Below are positions 24,954-34,123 of a stretch of DNA of 63,550 nucleotides, piece by piece (the stretch's first letter is position 1; each line of letters begins with the position of its first letter). The position numbers and the translations under genes are program-made. Source of the DNA: a virus (taxonomy: Duplodnaviria; Caudoviricetes); the IMG/VR virus record IMGVR_UViG_3300038856_000075, positions 1 through 63,550 of that record; one strand, given 5' to 3'. The notes beneath the pieces are model-generated. The model made no database searches. It was given only the letters and a program-made list of their open reading frames with translations, and had not been told where the DNA came from.

Positions 24954-27575
24954 TTAAATCTGATCCCAGGCGAAAGTTAAGGTCTCGGCAGCCAAAAGAC
25001 CCCTAGTGGCGCCCACTTCCACTTCCATCACCAGGACCAAGAAGTCGCCGATATATTCGCTCGGAGATCCCTGGGTATAGGGCCCGGGAAAGTGGAAATC
25101 CAGATCGATGGGCGAGGCCGCGGTCGTGCTGAAAAGATCCTGCATGGCTGATGTGGGAGAGCCAGTCGAAGGGTACTCAGGTGGGTCAAAGGCTTCATTC
25201 GGAACGGCCGGCGCCACATAGCCCGCCGAAGTGGCATACCAGATTTTCTCGGTTTCGGGTGATTGTCCTTGGAAACCCTGCCCATCCGAGTAGGCGCGCA
25301 GATTATCGATCTGCGTATAGGCCTGCCCATTGTCGCGAAGGCGAAGGTATTTCTGGTAGGAGTATTCCTGGCCGGACGTTGGCACGATGAGGGGGGCGCT
25401 GGTGTCCAGAGTCGCGTCGTCGGCATTTTTGAAGCGAACACTATCCGACGTCTTGTCGGTAGGTGTTCCTGGGGCGGGGCCGTTCAGTTCGATAATACTA
25501 ATGGTGCCACCGCCGCCGGCGCTCGTCTCCGGCGGCGTCAGCCCGGCCGTGGTGTCGATCTGCACCCAATCCACGGCCCCGTTCGGACCTGACACGCCCT
25601 GGATATTTATGACGAAATTCGTCGTCGTGCGGTACACGCCAACAGCGGTGGCCTCGGTCGTGTCCAGGACGGTCTCGGCGTCGAGCGACAGCGTGATGTC
25701 GCCCGTGAGCCCGTTCCAGGTCATTATGGCAGTGTGATATGCGCCATCGAACGGGTTGGCGGTGGGAACGGAGCCGTCATAATTCAGTCGGGACTGGCCC
25801 TGTAGCTCTAGGCTCGCTCGTAGCGCGCCCGTGCCCAGGACCGTCAGGCTCGGGCATTGCGCGCCGCCGTCGATTATGACCCCTCCCGCCGACGAGTCGT
25901 ATTTGAACCGGACCTGCATACGGAGCATCTGGAAGCCGGAAATCCAGGTGTCCGCGAACGAACCGAAGGCCACCCGTGGGTAGGACGCGCTTCCCGGCAC
26001 GAACGTCGCCGCACGGTTTGGCCCGCCCTCTACGTCCTCGTACGCTTCTGTGCCGGTGAACTCCCATACGGCCTGATCCGGTGGCTTGCCGACGATGCCC
26101 GCCGAGGGCACGGGGTTGAAGCTGCTCAGCACGTCATCGGCGAAATCCAGCCGGAAGATGTTGTAGTGATCCAGCCGGATGGATCGGGTCAGCCCATCAG
26201 CCGTGATGGTGTATTCCCCCGCTTCGGCATAAACGTGCGTCGGTTGGTCCTCGGTCGAGGTCTTTCCGTTCCCAAAGTCCCACGTCCCGACGCTCTGCAA
26301 CGCCTGTGTCGCGTAATTGCGCACTGCGAAGTCGCCTTGCAGCGCTGCGTGCTGACGGTGGTAGGCCGTGAAGTCAATGTAATTGGTCGGGGCCATGCTG
26401 GGTATTTGCGCGCCGCGCGTCTGCGTCTTGCCCGGCAACACGTCGTACTTGGTGATGTCGCGCACCAGTTCGGCCCCTATCGGGTCCACCAACCACCTGT
26501 CGAAGTAATCCGGCGTGGCCGGGAAAAGATTGTTGATGACGGTGTTGCCGGTGCCCTCGTCAAGCACGGAGGTAATCGGCCTGGCGACGATGTTCTCCTG
26601 CACCACGTTGGCATCCGCCCCGGTGCCCTCGCCCGAGAGCGTTATGCCGGGCCGCGCTTGATCGTTGGCGAACTCTTGATTACGGCGGAAATGGACCAGC
26701 GTGTTGTGGTCGATTACGCATTTGTCGCAATTGCCAATTGCAATCCCTTCCGCCGCATTAAGGTGAATGATGTTGTCGTGGATCAGCCACCCAACATGAC
26801 GACCGGAGGCGGGGTTCTCGAAAAATATGCAATTGTTGTCCGTCTGGCCGGCGGTTTCGGTCGTGGTGTTCAAGGACCAGAAATGGTTCTCGTAAATTTC
26901 ACAGTCTAGGCTGCCTCTGCCCACCGACGAGCCGGACCCGCTCTGATAGAAATCAGCATGAGCGCCCAACGGAGGAAAGCTGCCGTTGTTGAAGTTGCGC
27001 CGAACGATCAGCCTGATCTGCCCGGACTGCTGGAAGAAGCCGTCGCCCTCGCGGTCGAGGATTTCGTTGTCTTCGATGATACAGTCCGTGCAATCGTCAA
27101 TCGTGATGCCCGTCTGGACGTCCTGGATGATACACGAGGCGACGGAACAGCGGACGCACTCGCCCGCGTTGTAGCCAATGCGGACGCCGCTGATGGGCTT
27201 GTTGGGCGACGGTGTCCCGGCGGGCGTGCTCTTTATCAGGCACCGCTTGATGTGGGTGTCGATGCACTTGAACATCTCGACGCAGAACCCGACCCCCGTC
27301 GTGTTGCCGCCGTCAAGAATTTCGACGGTTCCTCCAGTGACGATGGACGCCCCATCGACGGTGAGGAAGGTCCACCCATCAATGCTGATCTTGGTGAACG
27401 TCGCCGTGACGCCGGTATCCGCCCGAATTACAACCTCGCTGCCGTAGGTCTGAGGGGTTGCAGGCGTCCAACTTCCGTAGCTGCCGTCCGTCGTAAGGGT
27501 AACGGTATCGCCACCCGACGACGCGGCCAGCGCGGTGTCGAGTTCGGTGGTATCGGCGGCGGTGCGATCAGTCAT
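24954..27575 (-). CDS. Beta-helix (pectate-lyase-like) + PKD + LamG-like protein with a C-terminal domain paralogous to gene 52162..52722
   Basis: Parallel beta-helix repeats with HADFYQ and I.DNII, WDFGNG...PTHVYAEAGEYTI PKD, DGAYHTAIMTWNG LamG-like, GGGG linker, then 182-aa paralog. Confidence 0.85.
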   Translation of the reverse strand: MTDRTAADTTELDTALAASSGGDTVTLTTDGSYGSWTPATPQTYGSEVVIRADTGVTATFTKISIDGWTFLTVDGASIVTGGTVEILDGGNTTGVGFCVEMFKCIDTHIKRCLIKSTPAGTPSPNKPISGVRIGYNAGECVRCSVASCIIQDVQTGITIDDCTDCIIEDNEILDREGDGFFQQSGQIRLIVRRNFNNGSFPPLGAHADFYQSGSGSSVGRGSLDCEIYENHFWSLNTTTETAGQTDNNCIFFENPASGRHVGWLIHDNIIHLNAAEGIAIGNCDKCVIDHNTLVHFRRNQEFANDQARPGITLSGEGTGADANVVQENIVARPITSVLDEGTGNTVINNLFPATPDYFDRWLVDPIGAELVRDITKYDVLPGKTQTRGAQIPSMAPTNYIDFTAYHRQHAALQGDFAVRNYATQALQSVGTWDFGNGKTSTEDQPTHVYAEAGEYTITADGLTRSIRLDHYNIFRLDFADDVLSSFNPVPSAGIVGKPPDQAVWEFTGTEAYEDVEGGPNRAATFVPGSASYPRVAFGSFADTWISGFQMLRMQVRFKYDSSAGGVIIDGGAQCPSLTVLGTGALRASLELQGQSRLNYDGSVPTANPFDGAYHTAIMTWNGLTGDITLSLDAETVLDTTEATAVGVYRTTTNFVINIQGVSGPNGAVDWVQIDTTAGLTPPETSAGGGGTISIIELNGPAPGTPTDKTSDSVRFKNADDATLDTSAPLIVPTSGQEYSYQKYLRLRDNGQAYTQIDNLRAYSDGQGFQGQSPETEKIWYATSAGYVAPAVPNEAFDPPEYPSTGSPTSAMQDLFSTTAASPIDLDFHFPGPYTQGSPSEYIGDFLVLVMEVEVGATRGLLAAETLTFAWDQI

Positions 27576-27582
27576 TTACCCC

Positions 27583-27678
27583 TCACCGTCCCCCGCCATG
27601 GGCGAGCCATACGAGGGTGAAGAAGACGCTTGCGATAACGAAGGCCAGAACGATGCCGATGATCCAGACCCATGTCAT
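27583..27678 (-). CDS. Small membrane peptide (31 aa)
   Basis: MTWVWIIGIVLAFVIASVFFTLVWLAHGGGR; GGAGG RBS. Confidence 0.55.
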   Translation of the reverse strand: MTWVWIIGIVLAFVIASVFFTLVWLAHGGGR

Positions 27679-27687
27679 GACCCCCTC

Positions 27688-27897
27688 CTAGCTCGCGCGG
27701 ATTTGTGCCATCAGCGCGTCGATCTCGGCGAGTTGCAGGGCCACTTCCTCGGGCGTCGGGTCGCGGCCGGCCTCGATCATGGCCTGCACCCTGGCGCGGG
27801 CGGCGTCATAGGACGCCTTACGGGATTGATCCTTGATGGCGGTCTCGGCGACGATATCGACGAGGCCGAGGATCAGGGGGAGATAAGAGACGGGCAT
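27688..27897 (-). CDS. Hypothetical lysis-module protein
   Basis: 69 aa, AGGAGA RBS, follows lipoprotein gene. Confidence 0.65.
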   Translation of the reverse strand: MPVSYLPLILGLVDIVAETAIKDQSRKASYDAARARVQAMIEAGRDPTPEEVALQLAEIDALMAQIRAS

Positions 27898-27907
27898 TGG
27901 GTTCTCC

Positions 27908-28237
27908 TTACTTGGCGGCGTTATAGGCGGCGTTCAGGGCGGCGCGGCTGAGCGAGAGGATCAGGTCGGCGTTGCCCCCTTCGCCGGTCGCGGTGCTGAT
28001 CGCGGTGGCGGCCTGCTTGAGATTCTCGGCGATGTCCGGGTGCTTGCAGCCGACTACGACGGTCGCGCTACAGGCTGGGCGTCGGAGATAGACCAGGATG
28101 TCACGGAGCGCGATCTTCGCCACTTCGCGGGCGTAGTACGACTGTTGCGCCGGGGTGGCGGTCGGTGGCAGGGGTTGCGGCGTCGAGCAGGCGACGACGA
28201 GAAATGCGACCACGAAGGCCGCTAGAATATTTCGCAT
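27908..28237 (-). CDS. Lipoprotein (possible spanin-like)
   Basis: Signal peptide with LVVAC lipobox; located in lysis module. Confidence 0.7.
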   Translation of the reverse strand: MRNILAAFVVAFLVVACSTPQPLPPTATPAQQSYYAREVAKIALRDILVYLRRPACSATVVVGCKHPDIAENLKQAATAISTATGEGGNADLILSLSRAALNAAYNAAK

Positions 28238-28238
28238 G

Positions 28239-28568
28239 TCAGGAGTCCTCTCTTTTCGGCCAATTCCACTGGCCGGGTTCGTCTCCCTGCCCGGCGCTGG
28301 TCACCCAAAGGCTGTCGCTGCCGTCGAGTAGAGCTTGGCCGTTGACGCCGTAGGTGCCGGGTCCGAATTCGTCCGGCCACACTTGGGTGATGATCATCGG
28401 GACCATCTCTCCCGTCGCGACCGGGTTGCCAACGTGCGCCTGGAAACCGGCGTGTGCGCTGTGCATTTGTTCGATTTGCTGGCGTGCATCCTCGCGCCGT
28501 TTTCCCGTCTTGAGGGCTTCGTCCTCAGTGAGTCGGTAGTGAACGATTCGTCCGATGGTGGGGGTCAT
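28239..28568 (-). CDS. Conserved phage protein (PTIGRIVHY family)
   Basis: MTPTIGRIVHY...GN.V..G..VPMIIT.VW...VNGQ.LLDG.D.LWVTS...G.W.WP. Confidence 0.8.
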   Translation of the reverse strand: MTPTIGRIVHYRLTEDEALKTGKRREDARQQIEQMHSAHAGFQAHVGNPVATGEMVPMIITQVWPDEFGPGTYGVNGQALLDGSDSLWVTSAGQGDEPGQWNWPKREDS

Positions 28569-28569
28569 G

Positions 28570-29142
28570 TCAGGTGTCCTTCTTGAAAATGGGCGAACTG
28601 GTGACGGCGCGCAGGATGACGATGGCGAGGCCGATAGCCGCCCCCGCTTCCGGCAGGTGGTCGGCGACGAACGCCTGCATGTCGGGGCCGCTCAACAGCG
28701 ACAGCGCTCCGATGGCGATGCCGAAGACGACGGTTTTCCAGCCTTTCATGGTGATTTCCTTTCGATAGGTCCAGAGGCGCGGCCGGGGACAGCCGGGCGC
28801 GTCGGTGAGGTCGTCCAGGTGGATGAAGCGTTTCGCCAGCGCCCCTTTTTGGTTGAGGCCAATGCCGGTGAAGCCGCGTTGCGTGGCGAGCGTGACGAGC
28901 TGGTAGGCGCGGTCGCCGAATATTGCGATATCGACGGCCCGCCCGGTGGTGTGGGGGCCAGTCAGCCCCGTTGACGAGACCCACGCGTTATGGACGGGCG
29001 TCCGATAGGCCGAGGTCACCATCATGGGCCATCCGAAGGCGGTACGCAGGTCCTGGAGCCGGTCGAGGAAGGTTGGCTCCAGGCGGGCCACGCCGCCATC
29101 CGCTTCCTCGGGTCGGAAGTTCGGCCAGCGCCAGTCGGTCAC
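28570..29142 (-). CDS. Peptidase M15A endolysin fused in frame to a holin-like 2-TM peptide (internal ATG 28749)
   Basis: WPNF..EE...LQDLR...VTSAYR...HN...GPHTTGRAVD...RFIHLD...PRPRLWTY, then RKEIT-MKGWKTVVFG...ILRAVTSSPIFKK. Confidence 0.85.
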   Translation of the reverse strand: MTDWRWPNFRPEEADGGVARLEPTFLDRLQDLRTAFGWPMMVTSAYRTPVHNAWVSSTGLTGPHTTGRAVDIAIFGDRAYQLVTLATQRGFTGIGLNQKGALAKRFIHLDDLTDAPGCPRPRLWTYRKEITMKGWKTVVFGIAIGALSLLSGPDMQAFVADHLPEAGAAIGLAIVILRAVTSSPIFKKDT

Positions 29143-29146
29143 AGGC

Positions 29147-29377
29147 CTATTCTTCCGCCGGCGAGAAATCGAGGTAGTAGCTTTGCCCCACGATGAACGC
29201 GGCGGCTGCCTCGTTATTGATCGTCGACAATTTGACCGAACCCGCCGGTGTATACTTGTAGAACGACTCGTTTTCCGGGCTGCCGCCAGTGACCGGATAC
29301 ATCTCGATGGTGTATCCGCTAGTATTCTCCGTCTTCTCGACACACTCGAATTTCGCGCGAACTGTTTTCATCTTCAT
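29147..29377 (-). CDS. Conserved phage protein
   Basis: VRAKFEC...PVTGGSPENESFYKYTPAG...G.SYYLDFSPA. Confidence 0.8.
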   Translation of the reverse strand: MKMKTVRAKFECVEKTENTSGYTIEMYPVTGGSPENESFYKYTPAGSVKLSTINNEAAAAFIVGQSYYLDFSPAEE

Positions 29378-29472
29378 TCTCCTTGGGTTATAGCCGGGAT
29401 GGGCAGTTGCAGTCCGTCTATGCTGACGCCTTTTTTCAGTCGCATGTCATGATCTCCGTGCTATACTGCCGC

Positions 29473-29627
29473 CGATTGATATCCTCTGGGCACCAACCCC
29501 AGCCAAAGGAGGGAGCTATCCTCCAGAGGCCCGGAACTCAATCGCTAGCTAAGACGGCTCCATTGGCACCTCCTTGGCTGGGAAGAGACGAAGCGGCGGG
29601 GTCGGTATCAGCGGATCCCGCCGTTTC
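29473..29627. ncRNA. Candidate structured RNA upstream of lysis genes
   Basis: Five complementary helices in ~155 nt, two sets crossing (see findings). Confidence 0.4.
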
Positions 29628-29655
29628 TGATTCATTGTCGCATTCAGGGAGCTCC

Positions 29656-29991
29656 CTACTTGAGATTCTGGGCGGCCAGCGCGGCCATGGCGGCGACGCC
29701 GACGGCCCAGCCGATCCAACGGAACGTGGCGGTGCGCCACCACGCGGCGGTGCTCCTTGCGTCCGCCGCCTCGCCGGCCAGCGCCGTGTTCAGCCGGTCG
29801 TGCAGCGCCCTTATGGAATCCCTGACCTCCGCCCGCATAGTGTTGATGGCGTCCTTCAGCTCGTCCTGGGCCTTGCGCGACTGTCCCCAGCGCTCGGTGC
29901 ACAGCGCCTCGTGGCCATCGAGCCGGTCGTGCGCGCGCTGCGCCTCGACCTGGGCGCGGACGGCTTCCCGGCTCGGGGCGTCGTCGGGCAT
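29656..29991 (-). CDS. Coiled-coil protein with C-terminal TM (holin/XhlA-like)
   Basis: RLDGHEALCTERW coiled coil followed by a hydrophobic tail. Confidence 0.65.
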   Translation of the reverse strand: MPDDAPSREAVRAQVEAQRAHDRLDGHEALCTERWGQSRKAQDELKDAINTMRAEVRDSIRALHDRLNTALAGEAADARSTAAWWRTATFRWIGWAVGVAAMAALAAQNLK

Positions 29992-29993
29992 CG

Positions 29994-30326
29994 TCAACTC
30001 CCCGACCATCTAAAAAGGCAGCCGTAAAGCGTGACCCAGGGCTGCCCCGTCCGGTCGCGGGTCGGGTGGATCGCGGTGATCTTTACCGTTTGCGATCCGA
30101 CATCGGGGAATGTCGCGGTGATCTCGGAGCCGACCCGTGCCTGGTTGGCCCGCTCGTGGCTGATCCGCGTGGCCTCGTCGCCGGTGCAGCATGACGTGCC
30201 CGCCGCGTTCGTGTGCCTGCGGGTCCACTCGTGATCGTGGGTTTGCGCCCGCACCGTGCTGATCAAGGCGAGCAGCACGAGTGAGATCACCAACACCGTT
30301 AGCCAGAACGCCTTTTCCGGGGTCAT
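29994..30326 (-). CDS. Secreted Cys-containing protein
   Basis: Signal peptide, then GTSCC...GCLF. Confidence 0.65.
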   Translation of the reverse strand: MTPEKAFWLTVLVISLVLLALISTVRAQTHDHEWTRRHTNAAGTSCCTGDEATRISHERANQARVGSEITATFPDVGSQTVKITAIHPTRDRTGQPWVTLYGCLFRWSGS

Positions 30327-30628
30327 AGCCCGTCGCCCTTCTGCTTTGGCACTGCCATCCACCATTTGCCGCCCGCCACAATGACGGCCGCTCCTTCGGG
30401 CGTGGAGATGAGGATCGTCCATGTAGCGCCGCCGTCCGAAGTCAGCAATTCGATCAGCATCCCGTTGTCGGTAATGCCAATCCCAACGGGGACTTCGGCA
30501 TATTGCTTTTTCAGATGCTTCACCACGGCTGGGCGCGACAGCCATTTGACTGGTTCCTGCGCCACGGCGGGCCATGAAAAAACCGTACAGAGAACGGCGA
30601 TCAAAATAATTTGGATGAACTGTTTCAT
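30323..30628 (-). CDS. Secreted small protein
   Basis: Signal peptide AVA-Q; L...Y.E.PVG.G...ELL.S..G.TWTILISTP.G. Confidence 0.75.
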   Translation of the reverse strand: MKQFIQIILIAVLCTVFSWPAVAQEPVKWLSRPAVVKHLKKQYAEVPVGIGITDNGMLIELLTSDGGATWTILISTPEGAAVIVAGGKWWMAVPKQKGDGL

Positions 30629-30915
30629 GGCGATGCCCGAGTCCTCTCCGTTAGCTCCCGAACCTCCGTCACATCGGCCGGTTGGGCTCCCTGTTTGAAC
30701 CGCACCGTCCGATCGGAGGACACTTCAAGATGCGGCCTCAGCTCGCCCGCCCGCATGAACCGCGTGGTCTCGATCTCGAGGTCCGTCTTATCGAGAACCC
30801 GGCCCGGAACTTCAGCCGGCTCAAAGCCGGGCGCGAACGGAAGGTCCTGCGTGTGCAGCACAAGCACCTCGCCGGTAGTAGGATCACTGTACGCACGGGT
30901 GTATTGTGTCGGCAT
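30625..30915 (-). CDS. Hypothetical protein (possible fibre chaperone)
   Basis: 96 aa directly after tail fibre gene. Confidence 0.6.
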   Translation of the reverse strand: MPTQYTRAYSDPTTGEVLVLHTQDLPFAPGFEPAEVPGRVLDKTDLEIETTRFMRAGELRPHLEVSSDRTVRFKQGAQPADVTEVRELTERTRASP

Positions 30916-30924
30916 GCTGTTTCC

Positions 30925-31644
30925 TCAAGCCTGAATGAAGCGGTGGTCGATGTCCCAAGTCTCGCCGCCTGGGTCCAGAATCCTCAGCCGAGGCGAGTCG
31001 GCCGATGCGCCGTCAGTACTGTGGCCGCCCAGGGTCGCCGCAGTGCTAAAATGATGGATCATCGGGAAAAAGCTGTAGGCATTGAGCGTCACGTTGGTCG
31101 AGTTAATACCTTGGGTAGATGCCGTGCCGGTCTTCAGTTCGGCTCGGCCCACGGCTGACGCCGCGATGAAGGCTTGCGTAACGGAGTCGGTCGTGAGCTC
31201 GGTCAGGCCGAGTTGGAACTGGGTTCCGTCATAAATCAGCGGAACCACCCTGCCGGCGATAAGCTCGCCTCCGGTCAAGGCCGTGAGGGATCCGCCCGAA
31301 AACATCTGGATGTCCTTGTTGCCGAGGCCGTTGACGTTTATCGTCGTCGCGCCCGTGTTGTTGCTGGCGATCTCGACCCATACCACCATGCGGTCGGAAT
31401 ACGCGACAAGCGCGGGGCTCAGCGTCAGCGTGATCGCGTTTCCCGTGCCGCCGGCCAGTCCCGCGAGCACGCCGTTCGATTGCAAGTCGGTGATCGTCGG
31501 CACCTTGAACGCGCCGCCGGCGGTCACGCCGTCGTGGAAAACGAGGCGGCCGGTGTCGGTCTCGTAGGAGATTTCGTTCTGCACGCCGGTGAACGACGCC
31601 ATCTCGGCGGCGGTGCCCCGGCGCAGCAACCGTTCTGTGGCCAT
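30925..31644 (-). CDS. Tail fibre with Mtd-like N-terminal domain
   Basis: LRRGTAAE..SFTG...EI.YETDT.RLVFHDG.TAGG; NTGATTINVNGLG. Confidence 0.8.
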   Translation of the reverse strand: MATERLLRRGTAAEMASFTGVQNEISYETDTGRLVFHDGVTAGGAFKVPTITDLQSNGVLAGLAGGTGNAITLTLSPALVAYSDRMVVWVEIASNNTGATTINVNGLGNKDIQMFSGGSLTALTGGELIAGRVVPLIYDGTQFQLGLTELTTDSVTQAFIAASAVGRAELKTGTASTQGINSTNVTLNAYSFFPMIHHFSTAATLGGHSTDGASADSPRLRILDPGGETWDIDHRFIQA

Positions 31645-33665
31645 CAGGTAATGCTCCCGTCATCGATGGTGACTTGCGGCGAACCGACATCCGTGATCAA
31701 GCCGTCGTCGGCGGTCGGACTGCCGGCCACCTCGGTGATCAAGCCGTCGTCGGCGTTGACCTCGGCAGCGGTCGAGCCGATTTCGTACATCAATTCTGTC
31801 TGCCAGACCGACGCTCGAACGCCGAGCGAGTTGACGCCCCGGATGCGGAAATCGACGAACTCGCCGAACTGGAACACGGCGACGGCGACGAAGGTGCTCT
31901 TCTGGTTACCGGCGACGAAGAACGACGGATTCCACGACGACGACCCCGACCGCTTCCATTGGATCTCGAGCTGCCCGCCGGATGTCACGAAGACATCGGC
32001 GGGCGACGTCCAACTCATGGCGAGCTGATAGATTTTGTCGCTCGCCAGCGTCATCGACGTGATCGTGCGCGGCGTCAGGCTCGTCGGGTTGGCGACGGCA
32101 AACGGGTCGGGCAAGGTCGACCCCGGCGGCACGCTGACCTCGTTCTCTTCCGCCGTCCACGCGAAAACCGTCGAATCGTATTCGCGCAATTCGAGATCGA
32201 TGCCGAGATAGACTTCGCCGGCCTCGTCCCGGTCCTGGGCGAATTTCCAGGTGGTGACGAGAAACGTCTTGGCTTCCCAGCCGAAGCGGTCGTAGGTCAC
32301 GGCGATGGTGTCGCCGACGCGGATCCGGAACGCGGTGAGCTTGCATGGCAGAATCACGCTGATCTGGCGCCGGACCTTCTCCATCTCGATCTTGGCGATC
32401 CGCTGCGCGGCGGCCGACCGGATCTGAAACGGTTGGGGAAAGTCGAACCAGATGCGTTCGCCGTTGTCCTCGTCCTCGTAGGTCGTCGAGGTGATTGGCG
32501 GATAGTCGGTCGCCTGCCAGTTGTGCGATGGCGAAACGTAGACGCCCTTGACGGCGTTGAACAGATTTCGCCGCGTGATCCGGGTCGTGATGCGCGGATG
32601 GCCACGGAGATCCGATGCCGTGATCGGGACGGTCGCGGCGGAAAACGACCCCGCCAATATCGACCACACGCCGCCGGAATAGATGAAGTCACCGGCGAAC
32701 GAAGTCCGAAGGTTCTCGATCGCCTGGTCCGGAGATTCGGCCGTATCCATCACACCGTTGGCGGTGTAACGAAGCTCTTGCGTCTCCGGCGATCCCGCGA
32801 GAGCCACCGCTTCGTCGCTGGTATCGGCCGCGGTCGAAAAGCTGTCCATGTCGATTGCCGTATCGGCGACGTTGACGCCGTACCGCCGGACGACCGTTCC
32901 GGTCCCGTCCTTCGCCGGCACGCCGCGAAGATAGTCGAGGGCGACCAACGCGGCATTGTCGGACCACCCCCAGGTGTCGGGGTCGTCGGGGTCCTGCGTC
33001 GGCGAGCCCCGCATGTCGTATATCTTGCGCCCCTTGACGACGGCAGAGATGTTGGGGAGCTGCAAAAACTTGTCGGTGTCGAACTCGAGCCTGACATAGA
33101 GATAGCAGGCGCCGCCGCCCTTGACGGTCGAATCCGCGCTGGTCTCCGACGTGAGATCGCTGTCGGCGGTCTGGTTGTAGGCGCCGAGGTGCTTTTTGAT
33201 GCGGACGAGATTGGCGTATTTGCCCGTGGTGACGATGCCGTTGGCGTCGAGATCAGCGGCGGTTATGACCACGTCATCGAGCCAGACGTCGCCGATCTCC
33301 TGATAAGGACCGCCCACGCCGAGCGTTCCGACGACATGGAGGAACTGGTTGCTGACGCCCGTCGATTCGACAAAGTTGATGAACGCGCCGACCCGCGCCT
33401 GGCCGTAGATCACCTTGTGGGTCTCGATGGCTTGCCGGACGTTGATGGTCCTCGACGACAGATTGGCCAGCGAGTTGAAATCGGTTCGCGGCGGTTTCGG
33501 CGTAAGGAGGCGGCTCACACCGCCGACGAGACCGCTGATGATAAACGTATTCGAGAGGAAGATCAGCCCTGAGATCACGAACGCGCTGGCGCCGACGACG
33601 ATACCGACGCCGGCCGTGACGCCGGCGGCGATACCGACGGCGATCAAGGATCCCGAGATCGCCAT
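31644..33665 (-). CDS. Tail tip/central fibre protein (Phage-tail_3/J-like)
   Basis: VIYGQARVG, PNISAVVKGRK, WSDNAAL..LDYL, RYTANG, FNAVKGVY, AQRIAKI. Confidence 0.9.
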   Translation of the reverse strand: MAISGSLIAVGIAAGVTAGVGIVVGASAFVISGLIFLSNTFIISGLVGGVSRLLTPKPPRTDFNSLANLSSRTINVRQAIETHKVIYGQARVGAFINFVESTGVSNQFLHVVGTLGVGGPYQEIGDVWLDDVVITAADLDANGIVTTGKYANLVRIKKHLGAYNQTADSDLTSETSADSTVKGGGACYLYVRLEFDTDKFLQLPNISAVVKGRKIYDMRGSPTQDPDDPDTWGWSDNAALVALDYLRGVPAKDGTGTVVRRYGVNVADTAIDMDSFSTAADTSDEAVALAGSPETQELRYTANGVMDTAESPDQAIENLRTSFAGDFIYSGGVWSILAGSFSAATVPITASDLRGHPRITTRITRRNLFNAVKGVYVSPSHNWQATDYPPITSTTYEDEDNGERIWFDFPQPFQIRSAAAQRIAKIEMEKVRRQISVILPCKLTAFRIRVGDTIAVTYDRFGWEAKTFLVTTWKFAQDRDEAGEVYLGIDLELREYDSTVFAWTAEENEVSVPPGSTLPDPFAVANPTSLTPRTITSMTLASDKIYQLAMSWTSPADVFVTSGGQLEIQWKRSGSSSWNPSFFVAGNQKSTFVAVAVFQFGEFVDFRIRGVNSLGVRASVWQTELMYEIGSTAAEVNADDGLITEVAGSPTADDGLITDVGSPQVTIDDGSIT

Positions 33666-34123
33666 CAGCCGATCCGCTTATAATATATCCGCTCCATCGG
33701 CTCGTAGCCGAGTCTGACGAACAGCGCCTCCCGATCAGACGCGATTTTTTGGTGGTAGCCGACGACCTGCACTCCGAACCGCTTGAGCGCGCGCTCGGCG
33801 GCCATCAGCATCCTGGCGCCGTTGGCACCCCCGCGGTGCGCCGGGTGCAGGTAGTGCGCCGTGTCCCGCGCCAGCCGGATCGGCCGGTAATGGAGCATCG
33901 CGGCGACATTGTGGGCGACGTAGCCGACCAACTCGTCGCTGTCGTCACGCGCCGTCATCAGGAACAGCGTGCCTTGCGCTTCCATGTGTCGGTAGCGCGG
34001 CCAGTCGATGTCCAGCGGCAGTTCGCCTTTGAACATGCCCAATTCCTCGAACGCGAGTTCCGTGAGCGTCAGGCATTCGGGCTCGACGTCGGCGAGGCGC
34101 TCGACCTGAAACGTGAGCGTCAT
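33665..34123 (-). CDS. GNAT acetyltransferase
   Basis: LDIDWPRY...LVGY...HYLHPAHRGGANGARML...LFVRLGY. Confidence 0.8.
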   Translation of the reverse strand: MTLTFQVERLADVEPECLTLTELAFEELGMFKGELPLDIDWPRYRHMEAQGTLFLMTARDDSDELVGYVAHNVAAMLHYRPIRLARDTAHYLHPAHRGGANGARMLMAAERALKRFGVQVVGYHQKIASDREALFVRLGYEPMERIYYKRIG

